Source: Callorhinchus milii
Lineage: Eukaryota
NCBI RefSeq assembly: GCF_018977255.1
Contig: NW_024704743.1
Location: forward strand, 29,266,001 to 29,330,000
Direction of reading: 5' to 3'
DNA length: 64,000 nt
Under the pieces are notes generated by a model. The model had not been told where the DNA came from, searched no databases, and was given only the letters and a program-made list of their open reading frames with translations. Numbering within the stretch: position 1 is the stretch's first letter; each line of letters starts with the position of its first letter. A program made the position numbers and the translations under genes. Of the stretch, positions 11,340 to 22,840 are shown in pieces.

Positions 11340-11742
11340 ATCAGTCTGACTCAGTTGCTGGCCACCTCGCCTCTGAGTCAGAAGGTTATGGGTTCAAGCT
11401 CCATGTTGCGACTTTGAGCTCATGATCCAGGGTGACAGTCCAGTGCAGTGCTCAGAAGTACTGCATTGTTGGAGGTGCTGACCTTCGATTGAGGCCCAGC
11501 CACCTGTTCAGGTGGATGTTAAATATCCCATGGCACTATTCAAAAAGAGAAGGGAGACTGTCTCAGTGTCCTGACCAACAATTCCCCAGATAAAATTGGT
11601 CATGGCTGCTTGTGGGATGCAAATTGGGTACAGCGTTCACCCACGAAAACATGCAGTCACTGCACTTTACAAAAATGTTGTGAAGCGCTTTAAGACATTC
11701 TCAACATTGTAGGTACTATTTGAAATGAGAGTATTATTATTA
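11340..11742 (+). mobile_element. Old DeuSINE-like SINE (SacSINE1-type), near full length
   Basis: tRNA-like head CTCAGTTG..CTCGCCTCTGAGTCAGAAGGTTATGGGTTCAAGC; GGAGGTGCTG..TTCAGGTGGATGTTAAATATCCCATGGCACTATTC..GTGTCCTGACCAA resembles the Deu domain as recalled from AmnSINE1/SacSINE1; L2-type tail. Confidence 0.8.
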
Positions 11743-13285
11743 CGTTGTAATAGAAACTGCTGCAGAGTGGCTTTAAAATTTATGCAATATTCTCAATTCA
11801 GCAAATTCATAGAGATGATGTCTCAATGAATCGACCAGTGGAATCTGTCCATGGTAAATATGTACAAAACCTTGTATAAAACAGTGTACAGTACTCATTA
11901 CTATGAGCCTTTTTTGAGGTTTAAGCTCATCTGTGCTCTCCTGCTAAAATCTTGTTGTGAAATTTCTAAATATTTGTATTGCACAGAAGAGAATTAGACA
12001 ATACTACAGAACCAAAGAGTTGTTTTGTGATTTGGCAAAGAAATACTAGTATTTTCCTCAGATTGTTGAGAGCTTCTTTTAACAATTAAAAGCAGAAGGA
12101 TCTTATTTGTGGGTTTTATTGAGTTCATATTCCAGAAAAGACTGGGGGAATGCTGCGGTGTCAGAGGTGCTGTCCTTCAGATGAAATGTTAAAACAAAGA
12201 TTTAAAGTCAACATGGAACACAATACAAACTGGGCCAGGGTTGGACTTGAATTTCTCCCAACCCCTACCCATATACTTTTGAAAACTGAGAAATATCAAT
12301 CTAAGAGAGACAAGCAAGAGGCACTATTAAACCTTCCTCCATTTTACTGCTCTGTTGAGAAGATTCACGGGTATCAACCCATTTAAAAATACACCTGAGA
12401 AACAATGCCTGCAAATTACACAGCAAAAGCAGAATATTAAAACTGGGAGTCATAAAAACTGCTTTACATTTAGAGACGAGGAATGCTAAGGTGACTTTGT
12501 GTGGAATCCACAACAAGAGAAGGTTTGTCTGCATGCAAGTTTTAACTTCAGCAATTCAACTGCCCTGGTTTGGCAGCAAGACAGACTCCGGAATCATTTT
12601 AAAACACAACAGTAAGTTATAGTAAGAGTTCAACAGAACATATGTCAGTAGGGGTTCAATAGAATGAACTTACTGTTACCTTTTATAACATAAGTCTTCT
12701 TTTCCTGATACTGTCTGAATCTGAAACATCTAATTTAATCCATAGAAGAGCCAGTCTTCCTTTTATTTCCTGTCTGTACTACAGCAGTCGCCTGTTTCAA
12801 TTATGAGTTTCTCCAGCTCCTACATTTTTGCTGGTCCATCTGGCTCAGTGCACACTTCCTTGGAAGGTAAAATGCACCAACTGTTCTGATCGGAGACTGA
12901 TAGAACCCTTGAAACCTGCAACAATTAATAGCTCAGCTGAACTGATAAGCAAAAAAGGGAGACCACATTTTGGCTAAATGGGAAGATTTACAGCATTGCA
13001 CTTTTTTAACAGAATATTAATCCTAATTAAAGTAAGCTTGCTTTTGACAGGATTTGAGACTCCCGAGTTAACAAGAGGCAAGTGGGTTAGCAATAGCTTT
13101 ATTCCTCACAGAGAAAGGCTGTGCCATGCAATCCTTTATAATATATATATGCATGGTGCAATGAATCAAAATGCTCAGGGGACAAATTCCTCTTTGTGCT
13201 AAATGGTTTTTCTTGATTGTAAACTGTTCAGGGTCAAATCAACTGGCCATGAAATCTTTTTCAACGGTTAATTTTTGGATGGTTG

Positions 13286-13356
13286 GTGTGTGTGTGTGTG
13301 TGTGTGGTGGTGGTGGGGGAGGCTGGAGGGGTTGGGGGAAGGGTGAGAAAAGGGGG
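13286..13356. repeat. (GT)n microsatellite followed by a G-rich tract
   Basis: GTGTGTGTGTGTGTGTGTGTGGTGGTGGTGGGGGAGGCTGGAGGGGTTGGGGGAAGGG. Confidence 0.85.
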
Positions 13357-14244
13357 ACAAAATACAGTCACTACCCTTTACAGTAAATCCTGTGAAGCGC
13401 TCTGAGATGTCTTCCCGACGTGAAAGACGCTGTATCAGTTGCAAGGATTATTATTATAATGAGAAAGCAAGGAGCACAATGCTGCTTTGATAAACCCAAC
13501 TTTTGTTTTAAGTGTTTTAGAACTTCCTGTTGGCCTAGCTTAAACATTTTGAACTTTCTCCTTCTGGCAACAATAATTGCTGACTTAGCAACAGAAACGC
13601 AAAGCAAAAAGTGAATATCTCCTTGTGATGCTGACGTTGCACCATTAAAACTCAGAACTCTCAAGGAAATGATGGTTAGTACAAATTTATAGACTTCAGG
13701 GCATTAAAAAAAAGTCCAAATAATTTTACAGATGAGGAATATTTTGCTGCTAACAAATTCTTTCCTCTTGTTTATGTCGCTGCCTTACTCCAGTGATCAC
13801 CATTGCTTGCATAACCAGCCACCAGAAAATATGCTTTTGTAACATTGGACCTATACCTCTTAATTTACTTCTTCTTTCTTTCCCCTCCCCTTAGCAAAAA
13901 AAATGAGGTAAATTTCTTCTATTCTACAATGTTCTATCGTGCTGTAAAAGGATTCTCAAAACTCACCTCCAAGAGAGATGCAGCAAATTGAAGATTCAAC
14001 TTCTGTCATCTAACATTTTAACACTAGATTGAAAGGTCACTCCAAATTATTTAAAAAGTTACATTGATGTTAGTTATAACGCTTTTTTTTATTTTTCACC
14101 TGAATCTCTGGCACCCAGCACTTCCCAATATGAAAGGCGTTAAACAAATGTAATTTTGTATTGTATCTTTCTGGTGCACGAGAGTGGACAGGAGACCTTG
14201 ACTTAAATGAAGAAGGCTGCTATGATATAGTGAACCTTGAGATG

Positions 14245-14325
14245 TTGCCAGGCTATTCAACTGTGGAGGACAGCAATCTGGAGAGGGGAACTCTGGCTGA
14301 TTTTACTTCTGATAACCATGGGAAC
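14245..14325 (-). mobile_element. Family B SINE-like fragment
   Basis: Reverse complement gives AAAATCAGCCAGAGTTCCCC...CCTCCACAGTTGAATAGCCTGGC, similar to the 1482 and 45949 copies. Confidence 0.45.
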
Positions 14326-14334
14326 TGATCCCTT

Positions 14335-14612
14335 CGCTCAGCTGGCTCCAGCCTTCTACATGTTCCTTGTCCCCTCCGCTCCACCATCAGCAGCTGTGTG
14401 CTTTTAGCCACGACACCCCGAATCTCTAGAACTCTGCCTCATTCCCTTCGCCTTGCCCCTCCTTGCTCATCTTCATATCATATCTTAAAACCTTCCTCTA
14501 TGACCGTGCTTATGGTCACCTCCCCTCTGTCCTTGGCTCAATGTCAAAATCCTCCACTAAAGGATCTAAGACGCTACCCACCTGAAGTGCACCATATAAA
14601 TGGAAGTTGTTG
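14335..14612 (+). mobile_element. L2 LINE 3' fragment
   Basis: CCCTTCGCTCAGCTGGCTCCAGCCTTCTACATGTTCC..CCACCATCAGCAGC..; ends AAATGGAAGTTGTTGTT. Confidence 0.7.
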
Positions 14613-14822
14613 TTTAAAGTTGCTTTGCATAAATCCATAAAGATTAATTAACTGTGCAATAATTAGCTGCTGTATTTGCCTAGAAATACACAGTCATGAC
14701 ACTTGACAGAAATTCCCTGTGATAGTTCTTTGAGATGTTGTGGCATTAGTCATGAAGCACTGTCTGCTTTTGCAAAAATTCAGATCGGAATCAAGTTACA
14801 AATAAAATCAAACAAAGTGACA

Positions 14823-15156
14823 CAGTCGGAAGCCATTGTCATACGGTGTAGCACAGATCCACTTATAAAGATAATATAGTTCCCAATTCCATTACTGATG
14901 AGCTAGTTAACTACGCAGAGCATGCAGGCACAAGACCTCCTCCCAGTCTCTGGGGCAGCCCAGCAACTGTTAGAAACACTGTGAGAGCAACCGGTTGTCG
15001 CTGACTATCAGTTTCCTGCACACTGCCAGAAGTGACATGAGCAGCAACCGGACTGCCTGAAGCAATGACCAATGCACCTTTCTGTCACATGACCTGTTGT
15101 AACGTGGAGTCTGATTTTATGGACCCAAATCATTGTATTACAATGGGGTCCGAGTA
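14823..15156. mobile_element. Possible pogo/Tigger-like MITE relic
   Basis: Imperfect terminal inverted repeats: left CAGTCGGAAGCCATTGTCATAC, right GTATTACAATGGGGTCCGAGTA (reverse complement TACTCGGACCCCATTGTAATAC). Confidence 0.4.
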
Positions 15157-15514
15157 TATTTTACACCACAGTAGGAACTTATTAGATATGCATTTAATAA
15201 GGAATCCTGCTGCAAGATAGTACTGTGGCTCCACCGTGTATCTACCCAATCATTATCGGTAATGCTTTGGCAAGCTCCCCATCAGCAGGTGAAAAACCCA
15301 AGAAAAATTGCTTTGCTAGTTCAAGATTGACTGGGTGTCTGCAATTATGCCTGGGAGCAGCTTTCAAACCACTTAAAGGCAGCATGCCACAGCACGTTGT
15401 GTCTGGCTACTCTCATTTTATAGCTATGTTAACTGCTTTTGTTATTTCTTCATGTAAGCACTGTACAAAATACAAGGGCAGTCAGAACCACAGGAAATTC
15501 TGAATGACCCAAAG

Positions 15515-15758
15515 GCGGTCCCATATCATGCTCTGCTCTCTTCTCACTTTGTCAAAAAAAAGAGGGAGGGGAGTTTTTCCCAGTGGCCTGGCCAACAAAC
15601 CCCCAAATAAAATGCTCACTCACTCTTTGGCTGTTTGTGAGATATTGCTGGGCACAAATTAGCTGCGAATAGCCATGTCACTTAATGATGTATCTTGTCA
15701 AGCATTTTAAGACGTCTTGAAGATGTGATAAGACACTATATCAAATGCAAGGATTACT
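15515..15758 (+). mobile_element. Old DeuSINE-like SINE, 3' half
   Basis: GGAGTTTTTCCCAGTGGCCTGGCCAACAA..GGCTGTTTGTGAGATATTGCTG..TATCAAATGCAAGGATTA. Confidence 0.7.
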
Positions 15759-15997
15759 GTTTTACACACCAATGACATTCATCTCTTCTATTTCAATTGT
15801 ATCCACTTGAATCCTCCTTATGTGATGTTCTTCGATTAAATCAAAGTTCCTTCTCTTTATAATTTCTTATTCTTTCTACTCGAACTTCTGAACAAATGGC
15901 ACCGTTGGTGCTTCTGGGATTCTTCGCTGTTTTGCTGTCCAGCCACTTTTTTCCTACTTTGACAGCTTTCAGAAATCGCAAATAAATGCTTTGTAGT

Positions 15998-16303
15998 GGA
16001 GTCCTGTCGCTCAGTGCACTCGCCTCACAAGCGAGAGACCTGGGTTCAATTCCCGGCAGGGTGAAACTTTGGGCAAGTTTCCTTACTCCACATGCCTGAT
16101 AATAATTCCTCAAGAAAAAACCCCAATAATAAATTAGTTACTTCAATCCACGACTGTTTGTGGGACACTGCTGTGCGCAATTGGCTGCTGCGTTTCGCCC
16201 ACAAATATACAGTCAATTCACTTTACTATCTATGCTGTGAAGTGCTTTGAGACATCTAAAAGACATGAAAAGAACTATATCAAATGCAAGGGTTATTATT
16301 ATT
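15998..16303 (+). mobile_element. Young tRNA-Ala SINE, full length with a small head deletion
   Basis: Head, CCTTGGGCAAGTTTCC-like segment, body and (TTA)n tail as in the other copies. Confidence 0.9.
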
Positions 16304-18420
16304 GTAAATATTGCAAATTAAATGGCTTTCAATGGTAACTGCAAATAGCAACTCCCATCCAGTTTTCGAATATTGCAAATTAACCCCCAAAATATATGTA
16401 CACATATGCTTACATAGATGCACATATAACTTGCACAACTGTACACATACTCCTGATAATTCTACCCTGGCTTAATTTGTCATTACCACTTAGTTCATCA
16501 TGCTGTTAATATCCTGGCCACATTTATTTATGTATTTATACACATGCCTAACTTGTCACTCTGGTTAACTTGTCACTGAGCCCTTGGAGCGATTAGTTAT
16601 CAGGAGTTTACTGTACTATCGAAGAATCTTACTTATAGTGTTCATTTGCCTTTACTTGGCAACTCTAGGATGAGTTTCCTGTTATAAGTATTTGCCGTAG
16701 GTAGGAACGTCCTGTTGCAAGCCCTTCCTGTCCTGGGGATAGCCGATGTGCTTGCAACAGGAAATTGTTACTCACACTGAGAGGTCAAGTTAGGAAGTCC
16801 CTATCTAAGTTTCAATCATCACATCTGAAGCAGTGATTGCAGATACACCCTAGTTTTGAACTGGCTGCCAGGGTGCATCACACCACCATCACAATAATTG
16901 CAGGTAGCCTTCCCCTCCGCAATTCAAGCATACATGTGTTCCCTATTGTATCTGTGTCATCATCTTTAATTGCAACTGGACACAAGTTCAAACTGACTTC
17001 AGATTAAGAAGCCAGGGGTCAATGAATAATCCCCAATGAATAGAGGTCCAGGTAGGAGATTGCCTGAAATCCCTCAGAAGGCTACAGATTGAGTAACGCC
17101 AAAAAAAAAGACGGGCAATATGGATCTGAACAAAGAGGTAGATCACAAGTAAAATGGGTTGAACAAACGGAAAAGGTTGAGGATTGAGTGGGGTCAAAGG
17201 AGTGGGAAAGATCACAGCTGGAACAGAGCAAGAGGGGGTGAAAGGTCACAGATGAAGTCAATGTGAGCACACAGGAAAGGCTGGTTAGAGTGGGACAGGA
17301 GAAAAGAAAATCTGCAGCTGGCGTGAGGACTGACGTGACTAAATGCTTGCTGAAGGCATCAACTCGAGGTTGGTGAATGCGGTTACCATGTGGCGTCACC
17401 AGGGTTAATGCACAAGCAAGAGTGCTGTGATATGTAGACGCTAAATGCTGAGCATGTGAAAGAATTCCAATTCTTTCTATCTCATAGTTAGCAGATCCTG
17501 ACGTGGGATTGATATGCAATCCTTTAGCATTTGGTACGACATGCCCAGCCTGTCAACATTGAAACACATCTAAACATATAGCATCCAAATCTTGGCTCAA
17601 CCACCCGTTCTGTATTCCCTGGCTCAGATTCTGTATGTGAAGGTGATTTCCCGTCTACTGTAATTGATATCAGGACGACCAGATTTCTGACTTTGATTCA
17701 ATAGGTATTGTTCAGCAATGTTGTACGGAGTTAAGTATATAAATCTATTCTGTCTGACTCTTTCATTAATCTACTGGACACTCCAGCTATGCTCTGAAAA
17801 GTTTCATTCTTCCCAACCGGACACGTTTCCATTGGAGTGAATGGCTGGGCTCCTGTCTTGATGCAGACAGCTATCCATTGTTTAAAATATAAAAATGAAG
17901 GCACAGTTTTGGTGAGCGTATTTTAAATTTAAGTTTAAACGTGGGTGTTCTCTAGAACTAATCACAAATTGTTTTGACGTGCAGAGACTCCCTGCAGAAA
18001 ACACAGTTTACCTCGCACGGAGTTTTCTCCAGCAGTGAGGCACCAGCAACGTTATTGCAATCCTGAGGAGTGTTTTTTCAACCCTATTGTTTCTTAACCT
18101 CAGAAGTGCATTCCAGTGTGAATTGTTCCCATTTCCCACACCAGTCCTGTTGTGGCCTCGCCGAGTGAGATTGACAGTTCAGTGCTAGTCTATGCCAAAT
18201 TTGGAGCAGTTTTCTGCTCTCAATCCACACTTAGTAAGAATTAGGTTGAGACTGCACAAAATCAATTTACAATGTGCTTCTGTAGCCAGCAGAGCAATTG
18301 GATTTAGCGTCCCAGAGGTGTAAATTGAGTGTGCTAGCTTACTGTGCCACCAGTCCCTCCAAATTGAGCACAAATGTGAAATAGATTCACAGAAAAATTA
18401 TGGCCACATTGTGCGCCTTT

Positions 18421-18525
18421 CAGTTCTGACGAAGGGTCGTGGACCCGAAATGTTGATTCACTTTCCTTTCTCCATAGATGCTGCCTGACCTGCTGAGTGT
18501 TCCCAGCGACTTCTGTTTTTGTTTT
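18421..18525 (+). mobile_element. Penelope-like element terminal fragment with minimal hammerhead ribozyme motif
   Basis: CAGTT-CTGACGA-A-GGGTC-GTG-GACCC-GAAA-TGTT, then TTTCTCCATAGATGCTGCCTGACCTGCTGAGTGTTCCCAGC, matching my recollection of chondrichthyan Penelope termini. Confidence 0.65.
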
Positions 18526-18980
18526 GAGAAGCAGCCATGCCCAGTCCTCCACACAGGGGCATGCTACATCTGGGACTGAAGTCCTGAGTTACAGAAAATA
18601 AATGAAAAGACATTCCACAGTAACTGACAGCAGAGGAGAACAGCTGGATTATTGCTGATCGTTCCCCACGACCAACCCCCCCACCCCCAGAAATACCACA
18701 CATGTGGTATAAATGTCAATGGGTTATTTTTAAACCCGGAAGTAAAGCAGATTATGTCACTCATTCATTATGGCATTCGGTCACTTTGGCTGCTAACATT
18801 CCTAACTGAACACTCATTTGTTCTATTACTGGATTGGACAAATATATTGCATAAATAGAACAACCAAGGTAGAGACAGGAGCAGTTGGCAAAGATCCACC
18901 TTTATGGGTTTGTGCATTACATCTTTTCAGTCTCACTCAACAGTTTTTCATATGTCACTACTCCCCATAAACATGTACAC

Positions 18981-19388
18981 CAGCCTGGCTCAGTTGGTAG
19001 CAGTCTCCTCCAAATCAGAAGTTTGTGGGTTGAAGCCTCAAGTCGGGATTTGGAACCCATATACTCTATGTTGATGCACCAATAAAGTGTTGCAGGAATG
19101 CTGCATTGTCCAATGTGTCTCATTTGGACAAGACATTAAAGTGAGGTCAAGTCTACCTGAACGAGTGGCACTATTCGAAAAAAAGGGAGTTTCTCCCAGG
19201 GTCTTGGCCAATAATTCCCCAAATAAAATTTGTTGTTCACTCCATGTCTGTTTACTGTGCGCAAATTGGATGCCACATTCATCCATAAAATACACACAAG
19301 CATGCTAATTTACAGTATATCCTGTGAAACATTTTGAGATATCTCGACAATGGAACAAGGCACAATGTGAAATGAAGTATAATTATTT
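18981..19388 (+). mobile_element. Old DeuSINE-like SINE, near full length
   Basis: CCTGGCTCAGTTGGTAGCAGTCTC head; GGCACTATTCGAAAAAAAGGGAGTTTCTCCCAGGGTCTTGGCCAA core; tail. Confidence 0.75.
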
Positions 19389-19703
19389 TAAACATATCAG
19401 TTACCCACAGCAGAGGATTCAATTGCAGGTGCAAGCCCAATTTTGAAGCACCAATATAAAATCCAGTTTTCTAATGAACTAGGTAGTATCCGTAACAGTA
19501 AATACAGAATAGAACTGGATTAGAAGCAGACTAAACCACAGGTGCCATTCTAATAATACTGCTACCCACTTTGACCACACAGGAAATAGAGAAGGCTATT
19601 CAGACCATTTGGCTTCCTCTGCCAGTTTATTAGATTGTGGAAGATCTCTTTAATTCCATTTATCAAGCCAATCCTCTATGGCGGTCTCGGTCACTTAGGA
19701 GAC

Positions 19704-20187
19704 AGGCGGGTCCAGAGTAATCCAGGGTGTTGTTGATGACAGCACAGCCAGCCTGACTCATCGGCAGGATTTGGAAGGACAGACCAGTCACTGGGGGCAG
19801 GGACTCTTCTTGCTCAGTTCCCATTAACCTTGTAAGTCAAAGCCCTCACAGGTCGGGTGATCTGAACTGGGCAAACAGTGAGAAAACTTGCCAGGCAGTG
19901 CTCTCAATAGCACGCTATGCGATTTTAGCTGGTTGAACTCCAGCAGTACCCAAAACACTCTGGGGTGCCCAAACCTTGGCTCTTGCCACTCTGCGCCTAA
20001 TACTTTCCGGAATTAGGTAAAAAAGGATGTGTCCCTCCAGGGAGAGAGTGCTTATTCCATTCCAATAAATATCTCTGGAATTTCCATGTATAGGTGGATG
20101 CATGGAAATCTCAGCTTGGTTTGGATACTCCTAAGCGTGGTGATAGATTTCCGCATGTGTCAGACACCTGGCTAGCCCCCGCAAAAA
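19704..20187 (+). repeat. Unclassified ancient dispersed repeat, copy A (strand assigned by convention)
   Basis: Collinear with the reverse complement of 60550-61032; shared blocks include AGGCGGGTCC, CAGACCAGTCA, GAAAACTT(G/A)CCAGGCAGTGCT, GAATTAGGTAA, GGTTTGGATACTC, TGTCAGACAC. Confidence 0.8.
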
Positions 20188-20189
20188 TT

Positions 20190-20660
20190 AATTCCATTTC
20201 CGTGTCTTTACTCCATACCACTTAATATCTTTACTTCCAAAGTATCTGTCCATCTCTCTTTGAAATATTCCAATTAATTCTACCACATGGCTTTCTGTGG
20301 CAATGTATTTCACACAATGCCTAACGATGGTTCACTACTGATACCTGAGGGGCTTAGCTAGACTGGGGTTATATTCCTTACTTAAAGGCACTTAAGGAGT
20401 AATTTGTTTGAGGTATTCATAATAATGACAGGTTAGATAGTGGATGATTCTTGCCTTGAGTAGAGGGATCAATGACAAGGAGGCATAGCCTTAAAATCAG
20501 AACTAAGTCAGTTAGAATTGAAAGTGGGAAGTATTTCTACATAAAAGATTGTGAAGATGTGAAATTCTCTGTCCTAGAAAGCTGTATAGGCAGAATCAAT
20601 AGGGATATTCAAAAGGGGTAGAGGTATTAAGGGGTATGGCAAAACAATGGGATTGCAGGA
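20190..20660. mobile_element. Decayed CR1 fragments in opposite orientations
   Basis: 20190-20320 resembles a reverse CR1 3' end; 20330-20660 resembles CR1 ORF2 end on + (TTGAGGTATTCATAATAATGACAGG..ACAAGGAGGCATAGCCTTAAAATCAGA..GGTATTAAGGGGTATGG). Confidence 0.6.
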
Positions 20661-21099
20661 TTATATCTGCAAAATTAAAATCAACAAAATGTTTATGACA
20701 CTTAATGACTGGAAGAAAAGCTGATTATAAAATAGTATAAATAACTATTCCACCTCACGATTCATGCCAGCGCCTTGGGACATCCTCCTGATGTGAAAGG
20801 CGCTCTAAAAAATATAATTTTGTTATTTTTGATGCATCCATAGCAGATAGCAGTAATGTACTCGGTTTTTAACAGATTATGTACCTCTATTTCTTTATTT
20901 GTTTCTTTATTTAGATTACTGTCCACATGCTCCTCCGTATCTTGTTGAGCAGGATGTCTGGACAATTCAGGTGATCAATTTTTGGAAACTAACGATAATT
21001 CTGAGTGATACTTGTTTTGGATCTCTGCTAACTTAATGTTTTTATTGTAAAGAGTCTTACCAATGAATAAAATATTCTTTCTGATCCACCTCCAACATT

Positions 21100-21450
21100 C
21101 CTGTTTTGCAACAGCAGAACAAGCCATCTTAAAAGTGTTTAAAATAATGAAGGGAATTGACAAGCCAGATTTAACAAGCCAGATCTTCCCATTTGTAGTG
21201 GAATCTAAAATATGAGGACATGAATCAGTTGGAAGTTAGATCAGGAAATATTTCTTCACACAAGAGGATTGCTCCCAGAAGGTCGCAATTGGGTTTATTC
21301 AAAGGGGATACATAAAATCCTGGGAACGAAAGATATCCAGGAATATGGGGAAAAAAGGTGGAGAAACGGGATTGAAAGATCTTCCATGATTCAGTAAAAC
21401 AGTGGAGTAGATTCGACGGCTGAATGTCCTTGTCCTAAACCTTTGTTCCC
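21100..21450 (+). mobile_element. CR1 3' fragment, decayed
   Basis: GTGTTTAAAATAATGAAGGGAATTGACA..ATCAGGAAATATTTCTTCACACAAGAGG..GGAATATGGGG..CGACGGCTGAATG. Confidence 0.65.
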
Positions 21451-21626
21451 AATGGCAGTACCTTCTAAATAACCTTTCCTCAACAGATAAAGAATTTGTA
21501 GGTTTAATCTGATATCAAATGCTACTGCAATCCCAGAAAGGTTAAAGAGGTGCCTAGCAACATCAAAATTTAGAGAGGTACATAATCTGTTAAAAACCGA
21601 GTACATTACTGCTATCTAACGTATAA

Positions 21627-22123
21627 TGTAATAATAATAATTTGGTCACTCAATCCTCCACTGTTTGTTAGGACACTGCTGTGCGCAATTGGCTGCCATG
21701 TTTCACCCACAAAATATACAGTCAATTCACTTTACAGTATATTCTGTGAAGCGCTTTGCAAGTATCTTAAAGTTGTGATATGGCTATCAAACGCAATAAA
21801 TATTGTTATAATATACACAAGCCATAATGTGGAGTCCTGTAGCTCAGTGGTTAGAGCACTCACCTTGCAAGCGAGACACCTGGGTTCAATTCCAGGCAGG
21901 GCGAAACCTTGGGCAAATTTCCTTATTCCACACGCCTAATAATAATTCCTCCAATACAAAACAATAATAAATTGGTCGTTTTCAGTCCACGACTGTTTGT
22001 GGAACACTGTGTTTCGCCTACAAATATATGGTCAATTCACTTTACAGCATATTCTGTGAAGCGCTATGAGACGTTTAGAAGACGTGAAAAGTGCTATATC
22101 AAATGCAAGGAATATTATTATTA
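21627..22123 (+). mobile_element. Two tandem young SINEs: 5'-truncated copy (about 21627-21810) and full-length copy (21831-22123)
   Basis: Body and tail sequence repeated twice; intact GGAGTCCTGTAGCTCAGTGGTTAGAGC head at 21831. Confidence 0.88.
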
Positions 22124-22840
22124 TATTTCACAAGGCCATTCAAATAATACCCATCTTAGATCACATCTTAACCGGCATAATTTCTCATCGAAAATCATAC
22201 AATTTCAATAATGTACATTAGACAACAATTGATAAAACAAATTGCTCAGAATTGACCAGAACAAGTACTATCCACAGAAATACACACACTAAACATTAAG
22301 AAGAAATGATATTTCTAGCATGTCCAATCTCCCTGCTGGAATTCTGATACAGTCATAAACAGTTCTTTGACATCTGTTTCCAGTGCACTGCTGGTATGCA
22401 AACTATTGTCTATTGGAAGTATGCTGTAGTAATGTTTGCCAGGGTTAAAGACTGGGTCAATTTGATTGAAAAGCTAAAATTAGCTCTTGTTTGTTTTCCT
22501 AAAACTACCGTAAACCCTTTTGTTTTTGTTTGACCTTTGCTCTCCAATTTCTCTGCTGCTTTAGTCAATTACCATGCAACATAAAGCTATGAAATATATC
22601 TTGGGATCAATTCTGCTCTGCCCATTGCTTCTAACAGAGCCTAAACAAATTAGGAGCTGTGAAAACAAGAAGGATTAAAAATAATGGAGTTTTTGTTATT
22701 CTAGAACCCAAAGATTTAATGATTCTTTCTTCTTCTTTAACAGAATGACTTCTGTTGCCAATTTTGTCTGTTCAGTTGAGTTGTAATAAAACGTGAGCAA
22801 TTATCACTTTCAGCACGTTACAAAACATTTGTGCACGATA

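Noticed and set aside
15896..15985. sORF MAPLVLLGFFAVLLSSHFFPTLTAFRNRK resembling a signal peptide
   Set aside because: Only 29 aa, no splice donor to extend it, and wedged between two SINEs; T-rich DNA gives hydrophobic frames by chance
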